Below are positions 1 through 12,065 of a stretch of 64,000 nucleotides of DNA, piece after piece. Location: the NCBI GenBank assembly GCA_965228015.1, contig OZ245787.1:1736698-1800697 (forward strand), in the 5' to 3' direction. A program made the translations under genes and the position numbers. Position 1 is the first letter of the stretch. Each line of letters begins with the position of its first letter. This DNA is from Peptococcia bacterium (GTDB lineage Bacteria > Bacillota > Peptococcia > Peptococcales > SKKY01). The notes under the pieces are model-generated. The model saw only the letters and a program-made list of their open reading frames with translations, did no database searches and was not told the origin of the DNA.

Positions 1-291
1 GTTGTTGAAATTCCAATGACAAATACAACTATTCCTCACCAGGTTCTTGGTAAATTTGGTGCAGCAAGAGTGATGTTAAAACCAGCAGCACCAGGTACAG
101 GAGTTATAGCTGGTGGGGCTGCAAGAGCTGTTGTTGAATTATGTGGCATAAAAGATATTCTTACAAAATCTTTAGGGTCAAGTAACAGTTTAAATATTGT
201 AAAAGCAACTATGCAAGGTCTTGAATCTTTAAAAAGAGCTGAAGATGTTGCGGCTCTTCGTGGCAAGACTGTTGAAGAAATTCTTAAATAG
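1..291 (+). CDS. rpsE: 30S ribosomal protein S5, C-terminal part (5' end upstream of window)
   Basis: Frame 1 is open from base 1. The translation ...[46 protein letters not shown]... is the conserved S5 C-terminal domain. It is followed by rpmD-rplO-secY as in the spc operon. Confidence 0.9.
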   Translation, partial: VVEIPMTNTTIPHQVLGKFGAARVMLKPAAPGTGVIAGGAARAVVELCGIKDILTKSLGSSNSLNIVKATMQGLESLKRAEDVAALRGKTVEEILK

Positions 292-302
292 GAGGCAAGG
301 CA

Positions 303-482
303 ATGGGAAGAATTAAGGTTACCTTAGTGAAAAGCACTATAGGAAGAGGACCAAAACAAATGGCAACAACCCAAACTCTTGGCCTAACAAAGTTAAATAA
401 AACAGTAATTAAAGAAGATAACGAAGCCATTCGTGGTATGGTTAAAACAATAGGTCATTTAGTTAAAGTAGAAGAAGTTTAG
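303..482 (+). CDS. rpmD: 50S ribosomal protein L30
   Basis: This 59-codon ORF is absent from the supplied track. It runs from ATG 303 to TAG 480-482, with GGAGG 7 nt upstream. [35 protein letters not shown]... is L30-like, and the ORF sits between rpsE and rplO. Confidence 0.85.
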   Translation: MGRIKVTLVKSTIGRGPKQMATTQTLGLTKLNKTVIKEDNEAIRGMVKTIGHLVKVEEV

Positions 483-505
483 GTAAAGGATAGGAGGCGT
501 TCTCT

Positions 506-955
506 GTGAAGCTCCATGAAATAAAACCGGTTGAGGGTTCAAGAAAAGAAAGAACTCGTAAAGCCAGAGGTATTGGAAGTGGATTAGGAAAAACAGCAGG
601 TAAAGGCCATAAAGGTCAAAAAGCACGTTCTGGTGGTGGAAAAGGACCTTACTTTGAGGGTGGTCAGACACCATTGCAAAGAAGACTTCCAAAACGTGGT
701 TTTTCGAATGCTAGATTCAAGAAGGTTTATGTAGGTATAAACCTAGATATGATTAATGAGAAGTTTGAAGCAAATGCTGAAGTTACACCTGAAACATTAA
801 AATCAGCAGGTATTGTTAATCAAATGAAAGATGGAGTTAAAGTTCTTTCAAGAGGTGAATTATCTAAGCCCCTAGTTTTCAAAGTTCATGCTGTTAGTGA
901 AGCAGCTAAGGCTAAAATTGAACAAGCTGGCGGTAGTGTCGAGGTGATTAATTAA
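506..955 (+). CDS. rplO: 50S ribosomal protein L15
   Basis: GTG start with AGGAGG upstream. The N-terminus [44 protein letters not shown] is typical of L15. Operon position fits. Confidence 0.95.
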   Translation: MKLHEIKPVEGSRKERTRKARGIGSGLGKTAGKGHKGQKARSGGGKGPYFEGGQTPLQRRLPKRGFSNARFKKVYVGINLDMINEKFEANAEVTPETLKSAGIVNQMKDGVKVLSRGELSKPLVFKVHAVSEAAKAKIEQAGGSVEVIN

Positions 956-957
956 TA

Positions 958-2214
958 ATGGTTGATGCATTAAAAAGTGTATTTAAGGTTGAAGAACTCA
1001 GACGAAAAATTATATTCACATTGATGATGGTGCTTGTATTTAGGATAGGAGTTCATATTCCTGTACCAGGAATAAAACTTGAAGTAATACAAGAATTAAT
1101 TGGTCAGGGGCAGCTTTTAGGATTTTTTGATATTATTTCCGGTGGTGCTTTTGCAAACTTTTCAATTTTTGCCATGAGTATCACGCCATATATTAATGCT
1201 TCGATCATTATTCAATTATTAACAATAGTTGTTCCTTCTTTAGAAAGATTGGCTAAAGAGGATGTAGAAGGTAGAAAGAAAATTGTAGAATATACAAGAT
1301 ATTTAACTGTAATTCTTGGTTTTGTTCAAGGTATTGGTATTTCTTTTGGCTTAAGAACTGCGCTTGAAAATACTTCCTTTCCGAGTATTTTACTAATTGC
1401 TCTTACCCTTACAGCAGGGACTGCATTTTTAATGTGGTTAGGCGAGATGATTACTGAAAAAGGTATTGGCAACGGTATTTCCTTAATCATTTTTGCAGGT
1501 ATAGTTTCAAGTTTACCGGGTGGAGTAATGTCAATGGTTGAATACTTCAGAACTGGTACAATTGGAATTATTACATTATTAGCATTTGCTGTAGTAGCAA
1601 GTGTTGTAATAGTAGCAATTATTGCTGTTAATGAAGGACAAAGAAGAATTCCAGTGCATTATGCAAAGAGAATTGTTGGTAGAAAAGTCTATGGTGGACA
1701 AAGCACACATATTCCAATTAAGGTAAACTCCGCGGGTGTTATTCCGGTTATTTTTGCAATGTCAATTATGATGTTTCCAGGAACAATTACATCATGGTTC
1801 CCAAATAATAGTTTTGCAAGAGCAGTAGGAGCATTCTTTGATTTTACATCTGTTCCTTATATGGTTTTTTATGCGATGTTAATTATGTTTTTCACTTATT
1901 TTTATTCCGCTATAACATTTAATCCAGCAGATGTTTCTGAAAACATCAAAAAAAATGGCGGGTTTATTCCTGGCATTAGACCTGGAAGACCAACAACAGA
2001 CTATATTACTAAAATTATGAACAGAATAACCTTAGCAGGTGCAATTTTCCTTGCTGCTATAGCTGTTCTTCCGAGTATTCTGATTGCTTTAACAGCTATT
2101 CCTGTTTACTTTGGCGGAACTGCTCTACTAATTGTAGTGGGCGTTGCTCTTGATACAATGAAGCAGCTTGAAGCTAGCTTGTTGATGAGACACTATGAAG
2201 GCTTTATGAAGTAA
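958..2214 (+). CDS. secY: preprotein translocase subunit SecY
   Basis: 418-aa polytopic membrane protein containing GGAFANFSIFAMSITPYINASIIIQLL. It lies between rplO and adk. Confidence 0.97.
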   Translation: MVDALKSVFKVEELRRKIIFTLMMVLVFRIGVHIPVPGIKLEVIQELIGQGQLLGFFDIISGGAFANFSIFAMSITPYINASIIIQLLTIVVPSLERLAKEDVEGRKKIVEYTRYLTVILGFVQGIGISFGLRTALENTSFPSILLIALTLTAGTAFLMWLGEMITEKGIGNGISLIIFAGIVSSLPGGVMSMVEYFRTGTIGIITLLAFAVVASVVIVAIIAVNEGQRRIPVHYAKRIVGRKVYGGQSTHIPIKVNSAGVIPVIFAMSIMMFPGTITSWFPNNSFARAVGAFFDFTSVPYMVFYAMLIMFFTYFYSAITFNPADVSENIKKNGGFIPGIRPGRPTTDYITKIMNRITLAGAIFLAAIAVLPSILIALTAIPVYFGGTALLIVVGVALDTMKQLEASLLMRHYEGFMK

Positions 2215-2223
2215 AATATATAA

Positions 2224-2886
<663 letters not shown>

Positions 2887-2967
2887 AGTTTAAGTGGGTG
2901 AGACTTATCTAGATATACTCATATTTTATCCTGGTTTTACTTCCTGACTAATAATAAAGGTGATTTT

Positions 2968-3246
2968 ATGCCAATGATGAGAGAAATGAAAAAAGGTCAA
3001 CTCGTAACTTCCAGAGCTGGTCGTGATAAGAACACAAATTATATTATTTATTACTGGGATACGTCTTTTGTGTATGTTGTTGATGGTGAATATAAAAGAA
3101 TTAGTAACCCCAAGAAAAAGAATATAAATCATTTATGGTATTCTGAAAAAACGGACCAGGAGTTAAACGATAAACTTGTAAATGGTCTGAAAGTTACAAA
3201 CAAAAATATTCGAGATGCATTGGAAAGATTGCTTTCAAAGAGTTGA
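2968..3246 (+). CDS. small KOW-domain RNA-binding protein (the family commonly found just upstream of infA in Clostridia)
   Basis: 92-aa [18 protein letters not shown]...VVDGE is KOW-like. The call rests on position between adk and infA and on remembered family resemblance only. Confidence 0.55.
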   Translation: MPMMREMKKGQLVTSRAGRDKNTNYIIYYWDTSFVYVVDGEYKRISNPKKKNINHLWYSEKTDQELNDKLVNGLKVTNKNIRDALERLLSKS

Positions 3247-3268
3247 GGTAAAAAGGAGGTTTTTGAGT

Positions 3269-3484
3269 ATGTCTAAAGAAGTAATAGAAGTAGAGGGTAC
3301 AGTAATTGAACCTCTGCCAAATGCAATGTTTAATGTTGAACTTGAAAATGGACATAAAATACTTACCCATGTTTCTGGTAAAATCAGAATGAATTTTATT
3401 AAAATTCTTCCTGGTGATAAAGTAACAGTGGAACTTTCACCATACGATTTAACCAGAGGACGCATTACTTACAGGTATAAATAG
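3269..3484 (+). CDS. infA: translation initiation factor IF-1
   Basis: ATG 3269 is preceded by [80 protein letters not shown] is the IF-1 S1 fold. The track start at 3215 is an upstream extension. Confidence 0.95.
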   Translation: MSKEVIEVEGTVIEPLPNAMFNVELENGHKILTHVSGKIRMNFIKILPGDKVTVELSPYDLTRGRITYRYK

Positions 3485-3498
3485 AAGGAGGGTTTCTT

Positions 3499-3612
3499 AT
3501 GAAGGTAAGGGCTTCAGTTAAACCTATTTGTGAAAAATGTAAAATCATTCGCAGAAACGGTGTAATAAGAGTGATCTGTGAAAATCCCAAGCACAAGCAA
3601 AGACAAGGGTAA
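3499..3612 (+). CDS. rpmJ: 50S ribosomal protein L36
   Basis: 37-codon ORF absent from the track: [42 protein letters not shown] upstream. It lies between infA and rpsM. Confidence 0.9.
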   Translation: MKVRASVKPICEKCKIIRRNGVIRVICENPKHKQRQG

Positions 3613-3640
3613 TAAAACCTAGGGGAGGTGCAATAAAAGA

Positions 3641-4009
3641 ATGGCAAGAATTGTTGGCGTTGATTTGCCAAGAGATAAAAGAGTTGAGGTTGCTTTGACT
3701 TATATTTTTGGAATTGGCAGAGCACAATCTTTGAAGATTTTAGATCAAACAAATATTAATAAAGATACAAGAGTTAAAGACCTAACTGAGGAAGAAGTAG
3801 CTCAGCTTAGAGAAATTATTCGTGGAATGCAAACTGAAGGTGACTTAAGAAGAGAAGTTTCACTGAATATTAAGAGACTTATTGAAATCGGTTGTTATAG
3901 AGGTTTAAGACATCGTAGAGGATTACCTGTTCGTGGTCAGAGAACGAAAACAAATGCTCGTACTCGTAAAGGTAAAGTAAGAGCATTTGTTACAAAGAAA
4001 AAGAAATAA
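3641..4009 (+). CDS. rpsM: 30S ribosomal protein S13
   Basis: [30 protein letters not shown]... is the canonical S13 N-terminus. Confidence 0.96.
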   Translation: MARIVGVDLPRDKRVEVALTYIFGIGRAQSLKILDQTNINKDTRVKDLTEEEVAQLREIIRGMQTEGDLRREVSLNIKRLIEIGCYRGLRHRRGLPVRGQRTKTNARTRKGKVRAFVTKKKK

Positions 4010-4025
4010 GGGGTGAGAATTTTTA

Positions 4026-4421
4026 ATGGCAAGTCCAAAGAAACGCACACGCGTAAAAAGAAAAGAAAGAAAAAATATTAGTAAAGGTATTGTTCATATT
4101 CAGTCTACTTTTAATAATACTGTTGTGACAATAACTGATACAAATGGTAACACCATTGCTTGGGCAAGTTCTGGTGGCGTTGGATTTAAAGGTTCAAGAA
4201 AAAGTACCCCTTTTGCGGCTCAAATGGCCGGAGAACAGGCAGCTAAAGCTGCAATGGAGCACGGCTTAAGAGAAGTTGAATGTATGGTAAAAGGACCTGG
4301 TTCAGGACGTGAAGCGGCTATTAGATCTTTGCAAGCTGCTGGTTTGGAAGTAAATATGATTAAAGATGTTACTCCAATTCCACATAACGGATGTCGTCCA
4401 CCAAAACGTAGAAGAGTATAG
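4026..4421 (+). CDS. rpsK: 30S ribosomal protein S11
   Basis: [46 protein letters not shown] is an S11 signature. Confidence 0.96.
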   Translation: MASPKKRTRVKRKERKNISKGIVHIQSTFNNTVVTITDTNGNTIAWASSGGVGFKGSRKSTPFAAQMAGEQAAKAAMEHGLREVECMVKGPGSGREAAIRSLQAAGLEVNMIKDVTPIPHNGCRPPKRRRV

Positions 4422-4439
4422 GGAGGTGTTAAGTTAGTA

Positions 4440-5066
4440 ATGGCTAAATATACAGGACCTATTTGTAGGTTATGCCGTAGAGAAGGTGTAAAGCTTTTTC
4501 TAAAAGGTGATAGATGTTATTCAGAAAAGTGTGCTTTTGAAAAAAGAGCATATGCTCCTGGTCAACACGGTCAGAGAAGATCAAAGCAGTCTGAATACGG
4601 TATTCAGTTAAGAGAGAAACAAAAAGCTCGTAGAATATACGGTATTGGCGAAGGTCAATTTAGAAAATACTTTAAGGAAGCTGACAGAAGAAAAGGTGTT
4701 ACTGGCGAAAATCTTATTGTTCAGTTAGAACAAAGATTTGACAACGTCGTTTTCAGAGCAGGTTTCGCTGATTCAAGATCACAAGCGAGACAGTTTGTGA
4801 GACACAACCACTTTAAAGTTAATGGGAAAAAAGCAAATATTCCTTCAATGCTTTTAAAGGTTGGGGATGTAATCCAACTTAAAGAGGGAAGCAAAAAATC
4901 AGTAGTGATAAAAACTATTGTTGATAAGTTTGGACAAAAGAACTTGCCAGAATGGTTGAATCTTGATGCAGAGAACTTAGCTGTTAAAATTGTTGCGTTA
5001 CCAGCCAGAGAAAATGTTGACATCCCAGTAAGTGAACAGTTGATAGTTGAGTTGTACTCCAGATAG
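4440..5066 (+). CDS. rpsD: 30S ribosomal protein S4
   Basis: [31 protein letters not shown] is the zinc-finger type S4 N-terminus. An S4 RNA-binding domain follows. Confidence 0.96.
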   Translation: MAKYTGPICRLCRREGVKLFLKGDRCYSEKCAFEKRAYAPGQHGQRRSKQSEYGIQLREKQKARRIYGIGEGQFRKYFKEADRRKGVTGENLIVQLEQRFDNVVFRAGFADSRSQARQFVRHNHFKVNGKKANIPSMLLKVGDVIQLKEGSKKSVVIKTIVDKFGQKNLPEWLNLDAENLAVKIVALPARENVDIPVSEQLIVELYSR

Positions 5067-5101
5067 TCTCAATTAAAAATATAGGACTAGGGGGTTATTA
5101 A

Positions 5102-6049
5102 ATGATAGAAATTGAAAAACCAAGTATTGAACTTGTTGATTCAGATGAGAATAAAACGTATGGGAAGTTTGTCCTTGAACCACTGGAAAGAGGTTATGGA
5201 ACAACTTTAGGAAATTCCCTTAGAAGAGTGCTTCTATCTTCCCTTCCAGGAGCCGCTATAACTTCAGTAAAAATAGACGGTGTTCTTCATGAGTTTTCAA
5301 CAATAACTGGTGTAGTTGAAGATGTTACTGATATTGTATTAAATTTAAAACAATTAAACTTAGCCTTAAATAGTGATGAAGCAAAAGTGATTCGTATTGA
5401 CAAGGAAGGTGAGGGTGTTGTTACAGCTGGAGACATTATTGCAGGTCCAGAAGTTGACATTCTAAATCCAGAACAAATTATTGCGACACTTGATAAAAAC
5501 GGCAAACTGTTTATGGAAATGTTTATTGAGCGTGGCAGAGGCTATATGCCGGCAATTAGTAATAAGAAAGAAGAAGATTTAATAGGTACAATACCTATTG
5601 ATGCAATTTTCTCTCCAATTAAGAAAGTTAATTTCTCAGTTGAAGATACAAGAGTTGGTCAAAGAACAGATTATGATAAATTAATTCTTGAGGTATGGAC
5701 AAGAGGAAGTATAACACCATCTCAAGCTATTAGTCTTTCAGCAAAGGTTTTAGCTGATCATTTATCATTGTTCATTAATCTTTCTGAATCTACTAATGAT
5801 ATTGAAATAATGATTGAAAAAGAGGAAGACACTAAGGATAATATTCTTGAACTTACAATAGAAGAACTTGATTTAACTGTCAGATCTCATAACTGTCTCA
5901 AAAGAGCTGGAATAATTACTGTAAATCAGCTAACTCAAAAGACAGAAGAAGAAATGATGAAGGTTCGAAATTTGGGAACAAAATCTTTGGTAGAGATAAA
6001 ACAGAAACTAGCAAGTTTAGGATTGGGTTTAAAATCCTCCGAAGAATAG
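5102..6049 (+). CDS. rpoA: DNA-directed RNA polymerase subunit alpha
   Basis: 315 aa. The N-terminal domain contains [22 protein letters not shown] and the C-terminal domain contains [16 protein letters not shown]. Confidence 0.97.
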   Translation: MIEIEKPSIELVDSDENKTYGKFVLEPLERGYGTTLGNSLRRVLLSSLPGAAITSVKIDGVLHEFSTITGVVEDVTDIVLNLKQLNLALNSDEAKVIRIDKEGEGVVTAGDIIAGPEVDILNPEQIIATLDKNGKLFMEMFIERGRGYMPAISNKKEEDLIGTIPIDAIFSPIKKVNFSVEDTRVGQRTDYDKLILEVWTRGSITPSQAISLSAKVLADHLSLFINLSESTNDIEIMIEKEEDTKDNILELTIEELDLTVRSHNCLKRAGIITVNQLTQKTEEEMMKVRNLGTKSLVEIKQKLASLGLGLKSSEE

Positions 6050-6089
6050 AGATAACTAATATTCTAAGGAAAAGGAGGCGAAGTATATA

Positions 6090-6428
6090 ATGGGTTACAG
6101 AAAATTAGGCAGAAGAAGTGATCACAGAAGATCGATGTTAAGAAATATGACAACTTCTTTACTAAAAGAAGGTAGAATATTAACGACTGAACCTAAAGCA
6201 AAGGAAGTTAAAAGAATTGCTGAGAAAATGATTACCCTTGGTAAGCGCGGTGATCTTCATGCAAGAAGACAAGTAATGGCTTATCTTCTTGATGAAACTG
6301 TTGTACACAACTTGTTTACGGATATTGCTCCAAGACATGCGGAGAGACAGGGCGGATATACAAGAATAATTAAAGCCGGTTTCCGTAGAGGTGACGCATC
6401 ACCAACAGCAGTTATAGAACTAGTATAA
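6090..6428 (+). CDS. rplQ: 50S ribosomal protein L17
   Basis: [40 protein letters not shown] is the L17 N-terminus. Confidence 0.96.
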   Translation: MGYRKLGRRSDHRRSMLRNMTTSLLKEGRILTTEPKAKEVKRIAEKMITLGKRGDLHARRQVMAYLLDETVVHNLFTDIAPRHAERQGGYTRIIKAGFRRGDASPTAVIELV

Positions 6429-6434
6429 ATAAGG

Positions 6435-6465
6435 GTCAGGATAAAACTTCCTGACTTTTATTTAT
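6435..6465 (+). terminator. intrinsic terminator after rplQ
   Basis: Stem GTCAGGA (6435-6441) pairs with TCCTGAC (6449-6455), followed by a T-rich tract. Confidence 0.6.
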
Positions 6466-6481
6466 TTAAGGGGAATTTTTT

Positions 6482-7306
6482 ATGATAAAGGTGAATAATT
6501 TATATCACTATTACTCTCAAGGAAAAGAAAATGAGACGCTTGCTCTTGATGGTATTAATCTCCAAATAAACGAAGGTGAGTTTCTTGTAGTATTAGGCCA
6601 TAATGGATGTGGTAAGTCAACATTAGCCAAGCACCTAAATTCTCTATTATTACCAGGGAAAGGTGAAGTGCTGATTGATGGTCTTGATTCCAAGGATGAA
6701 AGTCACCTTTGGGATATTAGAAAAAAAGTAGGTATGGTTTTTCAAAATCCCGATAATCAGCTTGTTGCTACTACTGTTGAAGAAGATATAGCTTTTGGAA
6801 TGGAAAACCTTGGCATTCCTCAAGAGTTAATGATTGAAAGAATTAATGAAGTTCTTGAAAAAGTAAACATGATTGATTATAAAAATAAGCCACCGCATCT
6901 GTTATCCGGAGGCCAGAAACAAAGAATTGCTATTGCGGGTATTATTGCAATGAGACCAGTATATCTGGTATTAGATGAGCCCACTGCGATGTTAGATCCA
7001 GAGGGAAGAAGAGAAGTTATTGATACAATCCTTCAGTTAAATAAAAAAGAGGGTTTAACGATAGTCCTGATAACCCATTTTATGGAGGAAGCAGTATTAG
7101 CTGACAGGTTAGTTGTTATGAAACAAGGGAAAGTTGTAATTTCTGGTAATCCTAAAGAGGTTTTTTCTAAAGTAGATCTTTTAAAAAATTTACGATTAGA
7201 TATTCCTCAGGTTACGGAAATTGCTTATGAATTAAATAAAATTGATAAATCTTTCCCAAGTGATATATTAACAGTAGAAGAGATGGTGGAGAGATTATGC
7301 CAATAA
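6482..7306 (+). CDS. ecfA1: ECF transporter ATPase component A1
   Basis: ABC ATPase with Walker [10 protein letters not shown] and signature LSGGQKQR. First gene of the ecfA-ecfA'-ecfT triplet downstream of rplQ, as is typical for Firmicutes. Confidence 0.9.
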   Translation: MIKVNNLYHYYSQGKENETLALDGINLQINEGEFLVVLGHNGCGKSTLAKHLNSLLLPGKGEVLIDGLDSKDESHLWDIRKKVGMVFQNPDNQLVATTVEEDIAFGMENLGIPQELMIERINEVLEKVNMIDYKNKPPHLLSGGQKQRIAIAGIIAMRPVYLVLDEPTAMLDPEGRREVIDTILQLNKKEGLTIVLITHFMEEAVLADRLVVMKQGKVVISGNPKEVFSKVDLLKNLRLDIPQVTEIAYELNKIDKSFPSDILTVEEMVERLCQ

Positions 7307-8166
7307 TAATTAATGATCTTTATTATACCTACCAAAAGGGCACACCCTATGAAACTGATGCATTAAAAGGCCTGAATCTGGAAATTAATGAAGGAGAATT
7401 TGTTGGACTTATTGGTCATACTGGTTCTGGTAAATCTACATTAGTTCGGCATTTAAATGGTCTAGTTTTGCCAACTTCTGGAATAGTTAAAGTTGATGAA
7501 CTTGTAACTAATGACAAGAAAGTAAAAATGAGGGATGTAAGAAAAAAGGTAGGTCTTGTTTTTCAGTATCCTGAACATCAGCTTTTTGAAGAAACCGTTG
7601 AAAAGGATGTTGGATATGGCCCGGAGAACCTTGGCTTTTCTGAGAAAGAAAAAAAGAGAATAGTTAAAGAGGCGCTGGAAGCAGTCCAGCTGGATTATAA
7701 AAGCATAAAGGATAAGTCTCCTTTTAATTTAAGCGGGGGACAAAAGAGAAGAGTAACTATTGCAGGTATTATTGCAATGAAACCTAAATATCTTGTTCTT
7801 GATGAGCCTACTGCAGGTCTTGATCCAAGAGGAAGAGAGGAAATTTTATTTCAGATTAAAAAGTTACATAAAGAAACGGGTATGACTATCATTCTTGTTT
7901 CTCACAGCATGGAAGATGTTGCCAGATTTGCAGATAAACTTATTGTAATGCATAAGGGGCAAATAGAAATAATGGGAAAACCTTCTGAAGTTTTCCAAAG
8001 TCGCGAAAGATTAAAAGAAATTGGTTTGGGCGTTCCTGTGGTTACAGAATTGTTTTATTTGTTGGAAGAAAAAGGGATTATTTTAGATAAAAATATTTTT
8101 ACAGTAGAAGCGGCAATCCGGGAGTTAAAAAAGGGATTTTTTAAAGGAGCTGATGCTCATGCTTAA
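7297..8166 (+). CDS. ecfA2: ECF transporter ATPase component A2
   Basis: Walker [10 protein letters not shown] and signature LSGGQKRR. It overlaps ecfA1 by 10 nt. Confidence 0.9.
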   Translation: MPIIINDLYYTYQKGTPYETDALKGLNLEINEGEFVGLIGHTGSGKSTLVRHLNGLVLPTSGIVKVDELVTNDKKVKMRDVRKKVGLVFQYPEHQLFEETVEKDVGYGPENLGFSEKEKKRIVKEALEAVQLDYKSIKDKSPFNLSGGQKRRVTIAGIIAMKPKYLVLDEPTAGLDPRGREEILFQIKKLHKETGMTIILVSHSMEDVARFADKLIVMHKGQIEIMGKPSEVFQSRERLKEIGLGVPVVTELFYLLEEKGIILDKNIFTVEAAIRELKKGFFKGADAHA

Positions 8167-8959
8167 AGGTATTACTATTGGTCAATATGTTGCTGGAGAT
8201 TCTTTTGTTCACAGAATGGATCCCCGGGGTAAAATATTTTCCGTTTTTATATTAATGGCAGCATTATTTACGGCAAAAAATGGTCTTTCATATAGTATTA
8301 TTACTGCTTTTACGTTTTTTATTATTCTTTTATCTAAAATACCGATAAGACATTATTTAAAGGGTTTGAAACCTTTGTTAATTATTATTGCTTTGACTTC
8401 AACTATGCATTTTTTCCTTACTCCAGGGGAGGAAATCTGGAGTAAGGGTATCCTTAAACTTACAAAAGAAGGACTTTGGCAAGGTCTTTTTATGGGAATA
8501 AGGTTAGCCTTGTTAATTATTATTACTTCAGTATTAACTCTTAGCACAACTCCAATTTCTTTAACTGACGGAATAGAAAAATTGTTAAATCCATTTAAGA
8601 AAATTGGTATTCCGGCGCACGAGTTAGCGATGATGATGACAATTGCATTGAGATTTATACCTACTCTAATAGAAGAAACTGAAAAGATTATGAATGCGCA
8701 AAAAGCCAGGGGTGCGGATTTTGAAAGTGGAAATCTTTTAAAAAGAGGGAAAGCATTGATTCCGATTCTTGTTCCATTATTTATTAGTTCTTTTAGAAGA
8801 GCTGATGACTTAGCAATTGCAATGGAAGCAAGATGTTACCGTGGTGGAGAAGGCAGAACAAGGCTAAGAGAATTAGCATACTCTTATAGGGATTTCACTG
8901 CTATTTTGCTAGTTTCAATATTATTGTCCCTGGTAATTTATTTTAAAATAACTATATGA
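8153..8959 (+). CDS. ecfT: ECF transporter transmembrane component T
   Basis: 268-aa membrane protein of the CbiQ/EcfT family (ARxxxA-type motif in ...[12 protein letters not shown]...). It follows the two ATPases. Confidence 0.88.
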   Translation: MLMLKGITIGQYVAGDSFVHRMDPRGKIFSVFILMAALFTAKNGLSYSIITAFTFFIILLSKIPIRHYLKGLKPLLIIIALTSTMHFFLTPGEEIWSKGILKLTKEGLWQGLFMGIRLALLIIITSVLTLSTTPISLTDGIEKLLNPFKKIGIPAHELAMMMTIALRFIPTLIEETEKIMNAQKARGADFESGNLLKRGKALIPILVPLFISSFRRADDLAIAMEARCYRGGEGRTRLRELAYSYRDFTAILLVSILLSLVIYFKITI

Positions 8960-8968
8960 TGGTGTTTT

Positions 8969-9709
8969 ATGAAGAGAAATATCAAGGCTGTTATTGAATT
9001 TGATGGAAGTTATTTTAAAGGATTTCAAAAACAGACTAAATGGGCTCCGACTGTTCAGGGTGTATTAGAACAAGTGATAAGACATACATTAAAGGAAAAA
9101 AACAAAATATATGGTTGCAGCAGGACTGATGCAGGTGTTCATGCTTGCAATTATACTATTAGCTTTAAAACTGATAATCCTATTCCAGCAGATAATTTAA
9201 GGTTTGTTACAAACAAGAAGCTTCCTCTTAGTATTTATATAAAATCTATGGAGGATGCTCCTTTGGAATTTCATGCGAGACATCTTGCTGCTAAAAAATA
9301 TTATGTTTATAAGGTTCTTTGCGGCGATCACCCTGAGGTGTTCCAACATAATTACAAATACTATTTCCCCTTGGATTTAGATATAGAAAAAATGAAATCA
9401 GCATTAAGTGAATTTGTAGGTAAAAAGGACTTTAGGGCATTTTCATCAAAACATACTGATGTTACTGACTTTAGAAGAACGGTAAATGAAGCATACTTAA
9501 CATTAGAAGGAAATGAGATTTGGTTTCACTTTATTGGAAGAGGCTTCGTTTATAATATGTTAAGAATAATTGTTGGTACAGTGCTTGATGTTGGTACAGG
9601 GAAAAGAAATATTGAGTCAATTAAAGAAGCTTTGGAAACTGGTGACAGGAGCTTGCGATCAAAAAAAGCACCAGCATCAGGTTTATATCTAAAAGAAGTT
9701 TGCTATTGA
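8969..9709 (+). CDS. truA: tRNA pseudouridine(38-40) synthase
   Basis: The catalytic region GCSRTDAGVHA and the conserved position after ecfT. Confidence 0.92.
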   Translation: MKRNIKAVIEFDGSYFKGFQKQTKWAPTVQGVLEQVIRHTLKEKNKIYGCSRTDAGVHACNYTISFKTDNPIPADNLRFVTNKKLPLSIYIKSMEDAPLEFHARHLAAKKYYVYKVLCGDHPEVFQHNYKYYFPLDLDIEKMKSALSEFVGKKDFRAFSSKHTDVTDFRRTVNEAYLTLEGNEIWFHFIGRGFVYNMLRIIVGTVLDVGTGKRNIESIKEALETGDRSLRSKKAPASGLYLKEVCY

Positions 9710-9734
9710 CATAGAGTAAGTGTTTTATTACAAT
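9706..9734 (+). promoter_or_regulatory. sigma-A type promoter for rplM-rpsI (about 70 nt leader follows)
   Basis: TTGACA (9706-9711), a 17-nt spacer, then TACAAT (9729-9734). The leader contains a GTTAA...TTAAC hairpin and could correspond to an L13-type leader, which I did not verify. Confidence 0.5.
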
Positions 9735-9809
9735 AAATTGTGGTTTATTGTTAAGCGAGCCCCGTTAACTTGTTTAGTACTATGAACCTTATCAGAGGAG
9801 GAAATTTAT

Positions 9810-10241
9810 ATGCGTACCACGTACATGGCTAAGCCAACTGAAGTGGATAAAAAATGGTATATTTTTGACGCAGAAGAACAAACTTTAGGTAGATTGGCTT
9901 CTGTAGTTGCTTCAGTATTAAGAGGAAAACACAAACCTACATTTACACCAAATGTTGATTGCGGTGATCACGTAATTATTATTAATGCAGAGAAAATTCA
10001 GCTTACAGGAAAGAAATTAGATCAAAAAGAATTAATTCGTCACAGTGGACATCCTGGTGGTTTAAAAAGGACTAAGTATAGAGATCTATTAGAAAAAAGA
10101 CCTGAATTAGCCATTGAAGTAGCTGTAAAAGGTATGCTTCCCCATAATCGTTTGGGTGCAAAAATGTTTACAAAATTAAACGTCTACCAAGATTCTGAGC
10201 ATCCTCATCAAGCACAGAAGCCTGAAGTATGGCAAGGTTAG
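9810..10241 (+). CDS. rplM: 50S ribosomal protein L13
   Basis: [31 protein letters not shown] is the L13 N-terminus. Confidence 0.96.
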   Translation: MRTTYMAKPTEVDKKWYIFDAEEQTLGRLASVVASVLRGKHKPTFTPNVDCGDHVIIINAEKIQLTGKKLDQKELIRHSGHPGGLKRTKYRDLLEKRPELAIEVAVKGMLPHNRLGAKMFTKLNVYQDSEHPHQAQKPEVWQG

Positions 10242-10258
10242 GAAGGAGGAAGCAAATC

Positions 10259-10654
10259 ATGGCAGATCAAGTTCAATACTATGGAACAGGACGTCGTAAG
10301 AAGTCAATCGCGAGAGTAAGATTATTACCGGGAGATGGAAACATCACTATTAATGACAGAGAATTAGAAAACTATGTTGATAAAAAGACTTTAGAAATGA
10401 TCATTAAGCAACCTCTGGTATTAACTGAGACAGAAGGTAGATTTAATGTTGTTTGTAAAGTTCAGGGTGGCGGCGGAACAGGCCAGGCTGGCGCAATCAG
10501 ATTAGGTATTACAAGAGCATTGCTTAAAGCAGAGCCAGGTTTAAGACCATCATTAAAAAGAGCGGGTTTCTTAACAAGAGACCCAAGAATGAAGGAAAGA
10601 AGAAAATACGGTCTTAAAAAGGCGCGTAAAGCTTCTCAGTTCTCAAAAAGATAA
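10259..10654 (+). CDS. rpsI: 30S ribosomal protein S9
   Basis: ATG 10259 lies 8 nt after GGAAGGAGGA. The C-terminus is ...[25 protein letters not shown]. The track start at 10229 is an upstream extension. Confidence 0.95.
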   Translation: MADQVQYYGTGRRKKSIARVRLLPGDGNITINDRELENYVDKKTLEMIIKQPLVLTETEGRFNVVCKVQGGGGTGQAGAIRLGITRALLKAEPGLRPSLKRAGFLTRDPRMKERRKYGLKKARKASQFSKR

Positions 10655-10713
10655 TAATAATAACTGGTTCTTTGTCAAATGTTGGGGCAATCCAATTAGA
10701 TTAGATTCCATGA

Positions 10714-10743
10714 GTACCGCATTGAAAAATGCGGTACTTTTTT
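10714..10743 (+). terminator. intrinsic terminator inside the ISL3 left end, oriented against read-in from rpsI
   Basis: 9-bp stem GTACCGCAT (10714-10722) pairs with ATGCGGTAC (10729-10737), followed by T6. A T-run follows only on the + strand. Confidence 0.6.
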
Positions 10744-10752
10744 AAATTGTTT

Positions 10753-11931
10753 TTAGTTCATTACGTGCATTATTCTGTTTTTGAATCTCCAAAAATTTCT
10801 TACACCATAAGCATTTCTTTTTAAAACCTTAATTTTGTTGTTAACTCCTTCTGTATATCCGTTAGTATAAGTACAAGTAAATGAATTAAGAATATATTTC
10901 TGCCAGTTGAAAATGGTTCTGGAGCATTTATCGAATTCTTCAAGCTCACAGGACATAACAAACATATACCAGGCTTTCAAATTCTTTTTTGCACTTTCTA
11001 AATCACTGCTGTCAACAAAGTTATAAAATTTTTCTTTTAACATATAAGCTTTTTGCAGTTTCTCAGAAGTAGCAAGCATAACGTTTACCTGGTCAATTTC
11101 TTCAGGAGTTAAATACTTCATTCTTTTTAAGAGAAGGGAGCGACTTCTTTTGAAATATCTTCGCCTTTCCTTGGCAAATTTCTTTTGCTCATCTTTCCTA
11201 ATTCTTTCAAATGCCCAAGTGACCTGCCTAATGAAATGGAATTTATCGATAATGATAGTTGCATTTTTAAAATATGTTTCAATAATATCCTTGTAAGGTT
11301 GCCACATATCCATAATGAAGTATTTTACTTTATCCCTGTCATTGAATTTCCTGAAATAGTCCGATAAAATGTGTTGTTCTCTTCCGTGAAGAATATCAAG
11401 TACCTTCTTGTTTTGGGGATCAGTTAATATGCACTGGTACTTTTTGCCCCCGGCATTACCTTTAAATTCATCAATAGAGATTACTTCGGGCAATTTTGTT
11501 AGGGAATAGTCTATGAATCTAAAAAGCCTGAGAGTCGTTGATGGTGAAATATTATTCTCTTTGGCAATATCAGATACAGAGTAAACATTTTTCATTCGAG
11601 TAATTATGTATTTTATCAGCCTGCTGGTCATTCTTTGATAGCGGGGGAGAAAATCATTTTTTTCGTAGAATTTTTTATTGCAGTGATTACAAACGTACCT
11701 TCTTTTTTTGTAGTAAAGGTAGGTTTTCTTCCCTGAGATGGAAATATCTTTTATCATTTGAATTCTGTAATCATGAACTTTACTGGTTTGTTGATGGCAT
11801 TTGGGGTAATTGTGAGTTTTAATCTCCAGAGAAAAAGAAAAGGACGTTGAATCAGAAGAAGTTTCTAATTGTTCTAAAATTATCCCTTTAAAACCAATTA
11901 ATTTTTTAATATAATAGTTATTACAGAGCAT
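10753..11931 (-). CDS. ISL3-family transposase
   Basis: ATG at 11931 is preceded by AGGAGG. The N-terminus MLCNNYYIKKLIGFKGIILEQ... and the zinc-finger CNHCNKKF are typical of ISL3 transposases. The track ORF runs to 12069, beyond the element end, so the extension is spurious. Confidence 0.88.
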   Translation of the reverse strand: MLCNNYYIKKLIGFKGIILEQLETSSDSTSFSFSLEIKTHNYPKCHQQTSKVHDYRIQMIKDISISGKKTYLYYKKRRYVCNHCNKKFYEKNDFLPRYQRMTSRLIKYIITRMKNVYSVSDIAKENNISPSTTLRLFRFIDYSLTKLPEVISIDEFKGNAGGKKYQCILTDPQNKKVLDILHGREQHILSDYFRKFNDRDKVKYFIMDMWQPYKDIIETYFKNATIIIDKFHFIRQVTWAFERIRKDEQKKFAKERRRYFKRSRSLLLKRMKYLTPEEIDQVNVMLATSEKLQKAYMLKEKFYNFVDSSDLESAKKNLKAWYMFVMSCELEEFDKCSRTIFNWQKYILNSFTCTYTNGYTEGVNNKIKVLKRNAYGVRNFWRFKNRIMHVMN

Positions 11932-12065
11932 AAGTAAATTCCTCCTTAGATTACAGTGGGTGTTCTCTAATATGGATTTACCTAATGTTCTGTATTTTTT
12001 TCGCAAATAAATGTCAGAATGGTTTTTACCACCCCAACATTTATTGTAGAACCTAATAACTTTAA

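Larger units (their letters stand above)
10666..12053 (-). mobile_element. ISL3-family insertion sequence (1388 bp) with 8-bp target-site duplication
   Basis: The terminal inverted repeats are GGTTCTTTGTCAAATGTTGGGG (10666-10687) and the reverse complement of 12032-12053, GGTTCTACAATAAATGTTGGGG. They match at 17 of 22 positions. The element is flanked by a perfect direct repeat TAATAACT at 10658-10665 and 12054-12061. Confidence 0.9.
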
